From a virus (lineage: Duplodnaviria > Heunggongvirae > Uroviricota > Caudoviricetes), in IMG/VR virus record IMGVR_UViG_3300029473_000203: 37,224 nt of DNA. One strand, 5' to 3'. A model generated the notes under the pieces. It worked only from the letters and a program-made list of their open reading frames with translations, searched no databases and was not told where the DNA came from. Shown piece after piece: positions 19,095 to 28,404 of this stretch. Position 1 is the first letter of the stretch. The number at the start of each line of letters is the position of its first letter. Position numbers and translations under genes: made by a program.

Positions 19095-19587
19095 ACGCTG
19101 CCTTGTCGGGGCCGTGCTGGCTATTGCTGCCACGCTGCCGGGTTTTCAGCAGCTTCACACCTCCGTGGAGGGGCTGAAACTGATTGCCGATTACGAAGGC
19201 TGTCGTCTGCAGCCGTATCAGTGCAGCGCGGGCGTCTGGACCGACGGCATTGGTAATACATCTGGCGTCATTCCCGGCAAAATTATTACGGAACGACAGG
19301 CAGCTGAAGGGCTGATCTCCAACGTGCTACGAGTGGAGCGGGCGCTGGAAAGGTGTGTGAAGCAACAGCCGCCGCAGAAGGTGTATGACGCTGCGGTGTC
19401 GTTTGCCTTCAACGTGGGAACGGGCAATGCCTGCAGTTCCACGCTGGTGAAATTACTCAATCAGCGGCGCTGGGCAGATGCGTGCCGACAGTTGCCGCGC
19501 TGGGTTTATGTGAAAGGTGTTTTTAATCAGGGGCTGGATAACCGCCGTGCGCGGGAGATGGCCTGGTGTTTACAGGGAGCAAACTGA
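19075..19587 (+). CDS. Endolysin, T4-lysozyme fold with N-terminal SAR (signal-anchor-release) domain
   Basis: N-terminus KRCLVGAVLAIAATLPGF (Gly/Ala-rich, weakly hydrophobic) followed by an E-D-T catalytic region; resembles phage 21 R SAR endolysin as I recall it. Confidence 0.85.
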   Translation: MNPSIVKRCLVGAVLAIAATLPGFQQLHTSVEGLKLIADYEGCRLQPYQCSAGVWTDGIGNTSGVIPGKIITERQAAEGLISNVLRVERALERCVKQQPPQKVYDAAVSFAFNVGTGNACSSTLVKLLNQRRWADACRQLPRWVYVKGVFNQGLDNRRAREMAWCLQGAN

Positions 19588-19588
19588 A

Positions 19589-19966
19589 ATGAAAAAGAAA
19601 TTAATCAGCGGGCTGTTTCTGATGTTATGGATGGCGTTGTTAATCGCCGCAATGGTGTATCCGCAGGGGATTTTTCCGGTACTGGCAGCGTCCGGCGTTT
19701 GGGTAGCCTGTTTGCTGACATGGGCGGTAATTCCGGTAGCACTGGCTGTGTTAATTAAGAATGGCCCGCTTTGGCAGGAGTTGAGGGCATCTTTGCTGAA
19801 GACAATTACCCGAAAAGAAAACGTATTTATCAGCTGGGTGATGCGATTGCTGATTGTCGTCAGTCTCGCCTGGACGGGGTGGGCTATTACCCTGGTCTTT
19901 TATCTACTGACCGTTATTGCCTTCTGGATCACCCGTAATCAGATGGCGCAACAGGTAGCAGCATGA
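19589..19966 (+). CDS. LysA-like membrane protein (lysis accessory)
   Basis: Multi-TM hydrophobic 125-aa ORF after the endolysin, as P2 lysA; ATG at 19589 within ORF track 19517..19966. Confidence 0.65.
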   Translation: MKKKLISGLFLMLWMALLIAAMVYPQGIFPVLAASGVWVACLLTWAVIPVALAVLIKNGPLWQELRASLLKTITRKENVFISWVMRLLIVVSLAWTGWAITLVFYLLTVIAFWITRNQMAQQVAA

Positions 19967-20391
19967 ACCGGTTGCTGCTGGTTGTGCTGACGTTATTACT
20001 GGCGGCGCTGGGCTGGCAGACGTGGCGGCTGGCTGATGCCAGCCAGACCATCAGCACGCAGGCAGACGAGCTGCAGAGCAAAAGCCAGGCACTGGCAAAG
20101 AGCAACAGCCAGCTTATCAGCCTGTCCATTCTGACTGAAACCAATAACCGGGAGCAGGCGCGGCTCTATGCCGAAGCAGAACAGACCAGCACGCTGCTGA
20201 GACAACGACAACACCGGATCGAGGAACTGAAACGTGAGAACGAGGATTTACGCCGCTGGGCTGATACTCCTTTGCCTGCTGACATTATCCGGCTGCGGAA
20301 ACGTCCGGCACTCACCGGAGGTATGGCTTACCGTCAGTGGTTGTCCGCGAGTGACGCCGTGTCGGCTGGATCAGGCAACGCCGCGCACTAA
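19963..20391 (+). CDS. LysB / Rz-like inner-membrane spanin
   Basis: N-terminal TM segment then a coiled-coil-like periplasmic domain. Confidence 0.7.
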   Translation: MNRLLLVVLTLLLAALGWQTWRLADASQTISTQADELQSKSQALAKSNSQLISLSILTETNNREQARLYAEAEQTSTLLRQRQHRIEELKRENEDLRRWADTPLPADIIRLRKRPALTGGMAYRQWLSASDAVSAGSGNAAH

Positions 20392-20524
20392 CGGTGATCT
20401 GAACGCGTTGCTGGATGAAACGGAGGCCGCCTGGGCGGTCTGTGCAGACAAAGTGGACATGATTATTGCGTGTCAGGAGCGAAACAGTGAACAAACCACA
20501 ATCCCTGCGCCACGCCCTCAATAA
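20234..20524 (+). CDS. LysC / Rz1-like outer-membrane lipoprotein spanin, partly embedded in lysB
   Basis: GTG start after GAGGAA; signal peptide with lipobox LTLSGC; Pro-rich mature part; overlaps the lysB 3' end in another frame. Confidence 0.65.
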   Translation: MRTRIYAAGLILLCLLTLSGCGNVRHSPEVWLTVSGCPRVTPCRLDQATPRTNGDLNALLDETEAAWAVCADKVDMIIACQERNSEQTTIPAPRPQ

Positions 20525-20918
20525 AGCGGTGCCTTATGTCCGCAATAACCCGGACAAACTGCATCTGTTTGTGGATAACGGTTCGCTGGTTGCCACGGGG
20601 GCCAGCTCCATGTCGTGGGAGTACCGTTACACACTGAACGCGGTGATTGAGGATTTCAGCGGCGACCAGAATCTGCTGATGGCCCCGGTTTTGCTGTGGC
20701 TGAGGGATAACCAGCCCGATGCCATCAATAACCCGGCGTTACGGGAAAAGCTATTCACCTTTGAGGTGGATATTCTGCGCAACGATGTCTGTGATATCAG
20801 CCTGAACCTGCAACTGACGGAACGTGTGCTGGTCAGCACTGACGGCAGTGTGTCGAGCGTTGAAGCTATAGCGGAACCTGATGCACCTGAAGAAATGTGG
20901 ACGGTGAAACGTGGCTGA
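20487..20918 (+). CDS. R: Tail completion protein (P2 gpR-like)
   Basis: GTG at 20487 after AGGAG; N-terminus resembles P2 R as I recall it (SLRHAL ... LHLFVDNGS). Confidence 0.8.
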   Translation: MNKPQSLRHALNKAVPYVRNNPDKLHLFVDNGSLVATGASSMSWEYRYTLNAVIEDFSGDQNLLMAPVLLWLRDNQPDAINNPALREKLFTFEVDILRNDVCDISLNLQLTERVLVSTDGSVSSVEAIAEPDAPEEMWTVKRG

Positions 20919-21357
20919 ACTGCAGAAGGTGGACGACTGGCTGAGTGCCTTGCTGGCGAATCTGGAACCAGCCTCGAGAAGCCGCATGATGCGCCAGCTG
21001 GCGCAGGAACTTCGCCGGACACAGCAGCAGAATATCAGGATGCAGCGCAACCCTGACGGCAGCAGCTATGAACCGCGACGGGTAACAGCACGCAGTAAAA
21101 AAGGCCGTATCAAACGTCAGATGTTTGCAAAGCTGCGCACCACAAAATACCTGAAAACTGCCGCCAGCACCGACTCTGCCAGCGTGCAGTTTGAAGGCAA
21201 GGTGCAGCGCATTGCCCGCGTTCACCATTACGGCCTGCGAGATCGCGTCAGTCGTAAGGGACCGGAGGTGCGTTACGCAGAGCGTCGCCTTCTGGGTGTA
21301 AATGATGATGTTGAGGCAATGACCCGCGACATGATTCTGCAATGGCTGGCGGGGTGA
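20911..21357 (+). CDS. S: Tail completion protein (P2 gpS-like)
   Basis: 148 aa following R with overlapping start/stop. Confidence 0.8.
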   Translation: MAELQKVDDWLSALLANLEPASRSRMMRQLAQELRRTQQQNIRMQRNPDGSSYEPRRVTARSKKGRIKRQMFAKLRTTKYLKTAASTDSASVQFEGKVQRIARVHHYGLRDRVSRKGPEVRYAERRLLGVNDDVEAMTRDMILQWLAG

Positions 21358-21361
21358 TCTT

Positions 21362-21379
21362 TGTATCAGCACTGATACA
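21362..21379. promoter_or_regulatory. Ogr-type late-activator binding dyad upstream of the V-W-J-I-H operon
   Basis: TGTATCAGCACTGATACA is a perfect TGT-N12-ACA palindrome. Confidence 0.5.
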
Positions 21380-21425
21380 AGTTGCAGCACTGCCGCCTTT
21401 CTTCCCCTGATGGCAACCTTTCCCT

Positions 21426-22004
21426 ATGAACGCACAATTAACCGAAATCATGCGCCTTATCACCAACCTGATCCGCACAGGGGTAGTCACCGAAGTGGAC
21501 AGGGAAAACTGGCTTTGCCGGGTGAAAACGGGCGAGCTTGAAACCAACTGGATCAGCTGGCTGACGCTGCGTGCCGGGAATGCCCGTACATGGTGGCGAC
21601 CATCGGAAGGTGAGCAGGTGGTGCTGCTGAGTCTGGGCGGCAATCTGGAAACCGCCTTTGCGCTGCCCGCTGTCTATTCGAATCAGTTCGCACCACCGTC
21701 GACGTCGGCGGACGCCTGCGTGACAGAACATCCTGACGGTGGCTGGTTTGAATACGAACCCGCCACCGGGCGCTGGTATGTCAGGGGCATCAAATCAATG
21801 GTCATTGAGGCTGCTGACAACATCACCATGAAAACCAGTGAGTTTGTACTGGAGGCTGACCGCACGCGCATTAACAGCGAAGTGGTGATCAATGGTGGCG
21901 TTACCCAGGGCGGCGGAGCGATGAGTTCTAACGGGATCGTGGTTGATGCGCATCAGCATACTGGCGTCCTGAAAGGCGGCGATACAACCGGAGCCCCGGT
22001 ATGA
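21426..22004 (+). CDS. V: Baseplate spike/assembly protein (P2 gpV-like)
   Basis: 192 aa; position and size as P2 V. Confidence 0.85.
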   Translation: MNAQLTEIMRLITNLIRTGVVTEVDRENWLCRVKTGELETNWISWLTLRAGNARTWWRPSEGEQVVLLSLGGNLETAFALPAVYSNQFAPPSTSADACVTEHPDGGWFEYEPATGRWYVRGIKSMVIEAADNITMKTSEFVLEADRTRINSEVVINGGVTQGGGAMSSNGIVVDAHQHTGVLKGGDTTGAPV

Positions 22005-22360
22005 CGCTTTATAGCGGGATGAACAATACCAGCGGCAAAGTCATTACTGATATTGATCATCTGCGCCAGTCGGTGCGGGACATTCTGCTGACACCGCAGG
22101 GTAGCCGTATTGCCCGCCGGGAATATGGTTCCCTGCTGTCGGCACTGATAGATCAGCCACAAAATCCGGCATTACGCCTGCAGGTCATGTCGGCAGTGTA
22201 TGTGGCGCTGAGTCGCTGGGAGCCACGGTTGACGCTGGATTCCATCACCATCAACAGCAATTTTGACGGTTCAATGGTGGTGGAGCTGACCGGGCGGCGG
22301 AATAACGGTGTGCCTGTGTCCCTTTCCGTATCAACAGGAGCAGAGAATGGCAGTGATTGA
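22001..22360 (+). CDS. W: Baseplate protein (P2 gpW-like)
   Basis: 119 aa, overlapping start/stop with V; lysozyme-like baseplate wedge family by position. Confidence 0.85.
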   Translation: MTLYSGMNNTSGKVITDIDHLRQSVRDILLTPQGSRIARREYGSLLSALIDQPQNPALRLQVMSAVYVALSRWEPRLTLDSITINSNFDGSMVVELTGRRNNGVPVSLSVSTGAENGSD

Positions 22361-23255
22361 CCTTTCGCAGTTGCCTGCACCGCAGATTGTGGATGTGCCG
22401 GACTTTGAGACGCTGCTTGCCGAACGCAAGGCAGAATTTGTGGCGCTTCATCCGAAAGATGAGCAGGAAGCAGTGATCCGCACGCTGGAACTGGAATCTG
22501 AACCCGCCACTAAATTGTTGCAGGAGAACGCTTACCGTGAGTTGCTTCTGCGCCAGCGCATTAACGAAGCCGCGCAGGCGGTGATGGTGGCTTACGCGAT
22601 GGGCGGCGATCTTGACCAGCTCGCTGCCAACTACAACGTGACACGCCTGACGGTGACGCCTGCTGATAATGATGCTGTGCCGCCCGTTGCAGCTGTGATG
22701 GAAAGCGATGAAGCGTTGCGCCTGCGTGTGCCTGCAGCCTTTGAAGGGCTTTCTGTTGCGGGGCCAACTGCAGCTTATGAATTTCATGCCCGAAGCGCCG
22801 ACGGTCGGGTGGCGGATGCCAGTGCAACCAGCCCGGCACCTGCAGAGGTGGTGCTGACTGTCCTTAGCCGCGAAGGCGATGGAACTGCAGAAAAAGACCT
22901 GCTGGACGTGGTGGAAAAAGCTCTGAACAGTGAGAACGTCCGCCCGGTGGCTGACCGTCTTACGGTTCGCAGCGCAGAAATCATCCCGTATCGCGTGGAA
23001 GCCACCATTTTTCTCTATCCTGGACCGGAAGCAGAGCCGGTAATGGCAGCGGCAAAAGCCAGCCTGCAGAAGTACATCGCCAGTCAGACGCGTCTTGGTC
23101 GGGATATTCGCCGTAGCGCCATCTTTGCCGCCCTGCATGTTGAGGGGGTGCAGCGTGTGGAGCTGGCTTCTCCTCTGGCGGATGTGGTCCTGAACAAAAC
23201 ACAGGCGGCATCATGTACGCAGTGGAGCGTAACCAACGGAGGAACGGATGAATAG
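22347..23255 (+). CDS. J: Baseplate protein (P2 gpJ-like)
   Basis: ATG at 22347 after CAGGAG (MAVIDLSQLPAP); about 302 aa as P2 J. Confidence 0.85.
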   Translation: MAVIDLSQLPAPQIVDVPDFETLLAERKAEFVALHPKDEQEAVIRTLELESEPATKLLQENAYRELLLRQRINEAAQAVMVAYAMGGDLDQLAANYNVTRLTVTPADNDAVPPVAAVMESDEALRLRVPAAFEGLSVAGPTAAYEFHARSADGRVADASATSPAPAEVVLTVLSREGDGTAEKDLLDVVEKALNSENVRPVADRLTVRSAEIIPYRVEATIFLYPGPEAEPVMAAAKASLQKYIASQTRLGRDIRRSAIFAALHVEGVQRVELASPLADVVLNKTQAASCTQWSVTNGGTDE

Positions 23256-23853
23256 TCTGCTGCCACCGGGTTCAACACCACTGGAGCGCCGACTGGCGCA
23301 AACCTGCAGCGGGATTTCTGATCTGCAGGTGCCGCTTCGTGACTTGTGGAATCCGGCAACCTGTCCGGTCAGTTTCCTGCCTTATCTCGCCTGGGCGTTC
23401 TCTGTGGATCGCTGGGACGAGGGCTGGACAGAAAGCGTCAAGCGCCAGGTGGTGAAGGATGCTTTTTATATTCATCAGCATAAAGGGACCACCAGTGCCG
23501 TGCGGCGGGTGGTGGAGCCGTTCGGATTCCTGATCCGCATTATTGAGTGGTGGCAGACCGGAGAAACACCGGGCACGTTTCGCCTGGATATCGGCGTGCA
23601 GGACCAGGGCATCACTGAAGATACCTATCTGGAACTTGAGCGACTGATAAGCGATGCCAAACCATGTAGCCGCCACATGATCGGCATGTCCATCAATCTG
23701 CAGACCAGCGGCCCGCATTGGGTGGGAGCCGCCAGCTATCATGGCGAAGAAATCACGATCTATCCGTATATCAACGAAACGATTATTTCCGGTGGCACCG
23801 CGCATGAAGGCGGGGCGGTCCATGTTATTGACACAATGAGAGTGAATCCATGA
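23248..23853 (+). CDS. I: Baseplate/tail protein (P2 gpI-like)
   Basis: 201 aa; position between J and the tail fibre gene. Confidence 0.85.
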   Translation: MNSLLPPGSTPLERRLAQTCSGISDLQVPLRDLWNPATCPVSFLPYLAWAFSVDRWDEGWTESVKRQVVKDAFYIHQHKGTTSAVRRVVEPFGFLIRIIEWWQTGETPGTFRLDIGVQDQGITEDTYLELERLISDAKPCSRHMIGMSINLQTSGPHWVGAASYHGEEITIYPYINETIISGGTAHEGGAVHVIDTMRVNP

Positions 23854-25265
23854 GCACAAAATTTTATACCCTGCTGACGGATATTGGCGCGGCGAAACTT
23901 GCCAGCGCCGCCGCGCTCGGTGTGCCGCTAAAAATTACCCATATGGCGGTGGGCGATGGCGGTGGAGTATTGCCAACGCCGGACGCAAAGCAGACGGCAC
24001 TGGTAAATGAGAAACGCCGGGCTGCGCTGAATATGCTTTATATCGACCCGCAGAACAGCAGCCAGATTATTGCCGAACAGGTGATCCCTGAAAACGAGGG
24101 CGGTTGGTGGATACGTGAAGTGGGCTTGTTTGATGAGTCCGGGGCATTGATTGCCGTGGGCAACTGCCCGGAAAGCTATAAGCCGCAACTGGCTGAAGGT
24201 AGCGGGCGCACTCAGACCGTGCGCATGGTGCTGATTACCAGCAGCACGGACAATATCACCCTGAAAATCGACCCTGCTGTAGTGCTGGCAACCCGCAAGT
24301 ATGTGGATGACAAGGCACTGGAGCTGAAAGTGTACGCGGATGATCAGATGGCAAAACATCTTGCCGCACCGGACCCGCATTCACAGTACGCGCCAAAAGC
24401 CAGCCCGACATTTACCGGAACCCCCAAAGCGCCAACGCCAGCGGCGGGGAATAATACCACGCAGGTTGCGACCACTGCGTTTGTACAGGCGGCACTGACG
24501 GCCCTTATTAATGGTGCGCCAGCCACGCTGGACACGCTGAAAGAAATAGCCGCAGCCATTAACAATGATCCGAATTTCAGTACCACCATTAACAATGCGC
24601 TGGCACTAAAAGCACCGTTGTCGAGTCCGGCACTCACCGGAACGCCAACAGCCCCCACGGCGGCGCAGTCGGTCAACAATACACAGATTGCCACTACGGC
24701 TTTTGTGAAATCGGCGATTGCAGGAATGGTGGGTTCTGCACCTGCTGCACTGGATACACTGAACGAACTGGCGGCGGCACTGGGGAATGATCCGAACTTT
24801 GCCACGACAATGCTTAATGCGCTGGCAGGTAAACAACCGCTGGACAATACGCTTACCAATTTGAGTGGAAAGGATGTAGCTGGTCTTCTCACATACCTTG
24901 GTTTAGGAGATGCGGCAAAAAAAAATGTTGGCACTGGTTCCGGACAGATTCCGGACATGTCTTCATTTGGTAATCAGCGAGCCGATTCGGGGTATCAATA
25001 CCTGCCAGGCGGGTTAATTCTTCAATGGGCAATAGCCATAACGAGAACATCCCCAGAAACAGTATCATTCCCGATTGCGTTTCCAACCAGGGCGCTATGT
25101 GTTGTTGCAACAGACCAGAGTGTTGGGGGTACAGGTCAAGGTTTTGCGTTAACCGCCCAGGATTTTACGAGAACTAATTTCCAGCTACGCGCTTATCAGA
25201 CAGGAACCTACGCTGAATCATCCATCGGCGCTGGCGGGTTTAACTATTTTGCTGTGGGGTATTAA
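23850..25265 (+). CDS. H: Tail fibre protein (P2 gpH-like) with constant N-terminus and invertible C-terminal cassette
   Basis: N-terminus MSTKFYTLLTDIGAAKLA...MAVGDGGG is typical of P2-family H; contains two tandem repeats of about 73 aa; the C-terminus lies inside the invertible segment. Confidence 0.85.
   Translation: MSTKFYTLLTDIGAAKLASAAALGVPLKITHMAVGDGGGVLPTPDAKQTALVNEKRRAALNMLYIDPQNSSQIIAEQVIPENEGGWWIREVGLFDESGALIAVGNCPESYKPQLAEGSGRTQTVRMVLITSSTDNITLKIDPAVVLATRKYVDDKALELKVYADDQMAKHLAAPDPHSQYAPKASPTFTGTPKAPTPAAGNNTTQVATTAFVQAALTALINGAPATLDTLKEIAAAINNDPNFSTTINNALALKAPLSSPALTGTPTAPTAAQSVNNTQIATTAFVKSAIAGMVGSAPAALDTLNELAAALGNDPNFATTMLNALAGKQPLDNTLTNLSGKDVAGLLTYLGLGDAAKKNVGTGSGQIPDMSSFGNQRADSGYQYLPGGLILQWAIAITRTSPETVSFPIAFPTRALCVVATDQSVGGTGQGFALTAQDFTRTNFQLRAYQTGTYAESSIGAGGFNYFAVGY
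24402..24842 (+). repeat. Tandem repeat (2 x about 220 nt / 73 aa) inside the tail fibre gene
   Basis: Repeat 1 SPTFTGTPKAPT...NNTTQVATTAFV...APATLDTLKEIAAAINNDPNFSTT; repeat 2 SPALTGTPTAPT...NNTQIATTAFV...APAALDTLNELAAALGNDPNFATT. Confidence 0.6.
24886..24911. repeat. Invertase crossover site (gix/cix-like), left, inside gene H
   Basis: TTCTCACATACC-TT-GGTTTAGGAGAT resembles the Mu gix site (TTCCTGTAAACC-GA-GGTTTTGGATAA, from memory) and is inverted relative to the site at 26433-26458. Confidence 0.6.
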
Positions 25266-25268
25266 TAA

Positions 25269-25700
25269 ATGGCTTATTTTTATTCAGCATTAAATAACGC
25301 TTTCTACCCTGATGAGCTCAGAGATGTTTATGAAGCGAGTAGAAACTGGCCTGACGATCTCATAGCCGTCTCAGATGAGACATTCACTGAATATTCGGGG
25401 ATGCCACCAGAGGGTAAAACTCGTGGAGCTACTGAGGATGGAATGCCGGCATGGGTAGACATTCCACCTTTAAGCCATGAGGAGGAAATCGCAGCAGCTG
25501 AAGCTGAAAAACAGTATCGTATCGATCAGGCTAATGAGTATATAAACAGCAAGCAGTGGCCGGGTAAAGCTGCGCTGGGGCGACTTACAGACGACGAGAA
25601 GGCCCAGTATAACGAGTGGCTGGATTATCTCGATGCGCTGGAATCTGTGGACATATCCAGCGCACCAGATATCAACTGGCCTGAGTCGCCGGAGGAGTAG
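25269..25700 (+). CDS. Tail fibre assembly chaperone (P2 gpG / Tfa-like)
   Basis: N-terminus [16 protein letters not shown] typical of the Tfa family; directly after H. Confidence 0.8.
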   Translation: MAYFYSALNNAFYPDELRDVYEASRNWPDDLIAVSDETFTEYSGMPPEGKTRGATEDGMPAWVDIPPLSHEEEIAAAEAEKQYRIDQANEYINSKQWPGKAALGRLTDDEKAQYNEWLDYLDALESVDISSAPDINWPESPEE

Positions 25701-26091
25701 GCCAGTCCGGGTCTGCTGTATCAACTCGCATCAGCAGCACCCGGTATTTTTTCCATTCGGCTAATGAAACAGTTTCTTCTTCCGTCGCGATCCCCGCATC
25801 AACGGCGTCCTGCCGCCATTCTATTTCAGAGTCAGCTGAAGCACGCAGTCGCGATTTTTCGGCTTCTGCCAACGCAATAATTTCCTCTTCAGTTGGTTCG
25901 GGAATATCTATCCATTCAGGTAAACCATCAGAATTAGGAGCGCGTAATTTTCCGTTAGGTGATTCTCCGGCAAACTCAACGAATACGGAATAGTCTACTT
26001 CAACGGCATCGTCAGGCCAGCTACCTGCATTTTCATAAATACTTTTTAGCTCATCAGCGTAGAACGCATTTTCTTTTGCAGAATAAAACAT
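25672..26091 (-). CDS. Alternative tail fibre assembly chaperone (tfa') of the inverted orientation
   Basis: N-terminus [14 protein letters not shown] parallels the plus-strand Tfa; its 3' end overlaps the tfa 3' end convergently (25672-25700). Confidence 0.75.
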   Translation of the reverse strand: MFYSAKENAFYADELKSIYENAGSWPDDAVEVDYSVFVEFAGESPNGKLRAPNSDGLPEWIDIPEPTEEEIIALAEAEKSRLRASADSEIEWRQDAVDAGIATEEETVSLAEWKKYRVLLMRVDTADPDWPTPPATQAS

Positions 26092-26096
26092 ATTAA

Positions 26097-26444
26097 TCAC
26101 CATCCAATCGCGAAAACTCTAAAGCCACCGTAGCCAGCACATGTAATCTGAGTTCTTGTTACCGTCGTATAGTATGATCGGCCCACCGCTAAGCTATATG
26201 CGGCTGTAGAACTCAAATCAACTGCCCCAGTTGATACATCACTAAATAACGGAATCATGCACTCATTTGGGAATGCAATAGGGAAATTCGCAGTTACTGG
26301 TGTCACATAATCAGTTGTAGCAGCACCAAACCACTGCAATATGATCACCCGTTCTTTCCCGGCGACCATTGCCGGGATAGTCATATAGCCTGTAGAGCCG
26401 GTCACACACACCGCTGCGCCTAATTTTGCTCCCTCTCCCAAACC
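26097..26444 (-). other. Alternative tail-fibre C-terminal cassette (start-less; fused to H constant part after inversion)
   Basis: Minus-strand frame ...NVGLGEGAKLGAAV... ends GFRVFAIGW, compared with the current H end GFNYFAVGY; the reading frame is continuous with H across the crossover core. Confidence 0.65.
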
Positions 26445-26458
26445 AACGTTTATGAAAA
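26433..26458. repeat. Invertase crossover site (gix/cix-like), right, just upstream of the invertase gene
   Basis: Reverse complement TTTTCATAAACG-TT-GGTTTGGGAGAG; shares the GGTTT(A/G)GGAGA half-site and TT core with the left site. Confidence 0.6.
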
Positions 26459-26513
26459 TGCAGAGATAATGGCTAACTGGCATCATCCCCGGTTTTTATT
26501 CAGGGGATTGATC

Positions 26514-27080
26514 ATGCTTATTGGCTATGTACGCGTGTCAACAAATGACCAGAACACCGATTTGCAACGTAATGCACTGAACTGCGCGGGATGTGAGCGG
26601 ATTTTTGAGGACAAAATCAGTGGTACTAAGTCCGACAGACCGGGGCTTAAAAAACTGCTCAGGACACTATCGGCAGGTGACACACTGGTTGTCTGGAAGC
26701 TGGACAGGTTGGGGCGCAGTATGCGGCATCTTGTTACTCTGATAGAAGAGTTGCGCCAGCGCGGCGTGAATTTCAGAAGTCTGACTGACAGTATTGATAC
26801 CAGTACCCCAATGGGCCGTTTCTTTTTTCATGTCATGGGTGCCCTGGCTGAAATGGAACGCGAACTGATAGTTGAACGTACCAGGGCAGGGCTGGCTGCA
26901 GCTCGTGCTAAAGGCAGAGTAGGTGGACGCCGTCCTAAGTTGACTACCGAACAGTGGGCACAGATTGGACGTTTACTCGAGGCCGGAGAATCAAGACAGC
27001 GTATTGCACTGATTTTTGATGTGGGCGTTTCTACCATTTATAGAAAATTTCCGGCGAATGAGAACAATGAATCGCCCTGA
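26514..27080 (+). CDS. Serine recombinase DNA invertase (Gin/Cin/Hin/Pin family)
   Basis: N-terminus MLIGYVRVSTNDQNTDLQ with catalytic-Ser context, C-terminal HTH; ATG at 26514 within ORF track 26469..27080. Confidence 0.9.
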   Translation: MLIGYVRVSTNDQNTDLQRNALNCAGCERIFEDKISGTKSDRPGLKKLLRTLSAGDTLVVWKLDRLGRSMRHLVTLIEELRQRGVNFRSLTDSIDTSTPMGRFFFHVMGALAEMERELIVERTRAGLAAARAKGRVGGRRPKLTTEQWAQIGRLLEAGESRQRIALIFDVGVSTIYRKFPANENNESP

Positions 27081-27128
27081 GTCAGCATTATTTTGATTTT
27101 TCCTGTAAGCGGACAAATACCGTTATTT

Positions 27129-27146
27129 TGTGTGAATAACGACACA
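27129..27146. promoter_or_regulatory. Ogr-type late-activator binding dyad upstream of the FI-FII-E-T-U-D operon
   Basis: TGTGTGAATAACGACACA (TGT-N12-ACA) centred about 86 bp upstream of the FI start. Confidence 0.45.
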
Positions 27147-27222
27147 ACTGCGCTTAGCTGTTTGTCAGGCACAATCACTTCAACATAGGGCGAAGCCTAA
27201 TCCAATCAGGAGGTTCGCCACT

Positions 27223-28395
27223 ATGGCTCAGGATTACCACCACGGAGTGCGCGTTGTTGAAGTCAACGAAGGCACCCGATCCATTACCACGGTGAGCACC
27301 GCCATCGTGGGTATGGTCTGCACGGGCGATGATGCCGATGCAAAAATGTTTCCTCTTAATAAACCCGTGCTGATCACTGATGTGCTGACAGCCAGCGGTA
27401 AAGCGGGTGAGTCCGGTACGCTGGCCCGTTCTCTGGACGCCATCGCTGACCAGGCAAAACCCGTGACCGTTGTTGTGCGTGTGCCGCAGGGTGAAACGGA
27501 AGAAGAAACCACGACCAATATCATCGGAGCAGTGACCGCTGAAGGTAAAAAAACAGGCATGAAAGCCCTGTTATCTGCCCAGTCACAGCTCGGCGTTAAA
27601 CCGCGCATTCTCGGCGTGCCAGGCCACGACACCAAGGCGGTAGCTACTGAGTTGCTGAGCGTGGCGCAAAGCCTGCGTGGATTTGCTTACCTGTCAGCGT
27701 ATGGCTGCAAGACGGTACAGGAGGCGATCACTTACCGTGAAAACTTTAGCCAGCGCGAAGGGATGCTGATCTGGCCTGACTTTACTGGCTGGGACACGGT
27801 GCTGAATGCCGAAGCAACGGCATATGCCACCGCCCGTGCGCTTGGTCTGCGCGCCAAAATTGACGAGCAGACCGGATGGCACAAAAGCCTGTCCAACGTG
27901 GGCGTGAACGGTGTCACCGGAATTTCTGCTGATGTGTTCTGGGATCTGCAGGACCCGGCAACCGATGCAGGTCTGCTGAACCAGAACGACGTCACCACGC
28001 TTGTGCGTAAAGACGGTTTCCGCTTCTGGGGTTCCCGCTGCCTGAGTGATGACCCGCTCTTTGCCTTCGAAAACTACACCCGCACGGCGCAGGTGCTGAT
28101 GGACACGATGGCAGAAGCACACATGTGGGCGGTGGATAAACCGCTTAACCCGTCGCTGGCCCGCGACATTATCGAGGGTATCCGCGCCAAAATGCGCAGC
28201 CTGGTCAGTCAGGGCTATCTCATTGGTGGTGATTGCTGGCTGGATGAGTCGGTGAACGACAAAGACACGCTGAAAGCCGGAAAACTCACCATCGACTACG
28301 ACTACACGCCAGTGCCGCCACTTGAAAACCTGATGCTGCGTCAGCGCATCACCGATCAGTACCTGGTGAATTTCTCTAGCCAGGTCAGCGCGTAA
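27223..28395 (+). CDS. FI: Contractile tail sheath protein (P2 gpFI-like)
   Basis: 390 aa; AGGAGG RBS; position and size as P2 FI. Confidence 0.9.
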   Translation: MAQDYHHGVRVVEVNEGTRSITTVSTAIVGMVCTGDDADAKMFPLNKPVLITDVLTASGKAGESGTLARSLDAIADQAKPVTVVVRVPQGETEEETTTNIIGAVTAEGKKTGMKALLSAQSQLGVKPRILGVPGHDTKAVATELLSVAQSLRGFAYLSAYGCKTVQEAITYRENFSQREGMLIWPDFTGWDTVLNAEATAYATARALGLRAKIDEQTGWHKSLSNVGVNGVTGISADVFWDLQDPATDAGLLNQNDVTTLVRKDGFRFWGSRCLSDDPLFAFENYTRTAQVLMDTMAEAHMWAVDKPLNPSLARDIIEGIRAKMRSLVSQGYLIGGDCWLDESVNDKDTLKAGKLTIDYDYTPVPPLENLMLRQRITDQYLVNFSSQVSA

Positions 28396-28404
28396 GGGGA
28401 CAAC

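Larger units (their letters stand above)
24886..26458. other. Invertible tail-fibre host-range segment (G/C-segment-like, about 1.57 kb)
   Basis: Bounded by inverted crossover sites; holds the H variable C-terminus plus tfa on the plus strand and an alternative C-terminal cassette plus tfa' on the minus strand; invertase gene immediately adjacent. Confidence 0.65.

Noticed and set aside
22251-23138. 295-aa ORF on the minus strand
   Set aside because: Antisense to baseplate gene J; Cys/His/Arg-rich compositional artefact.
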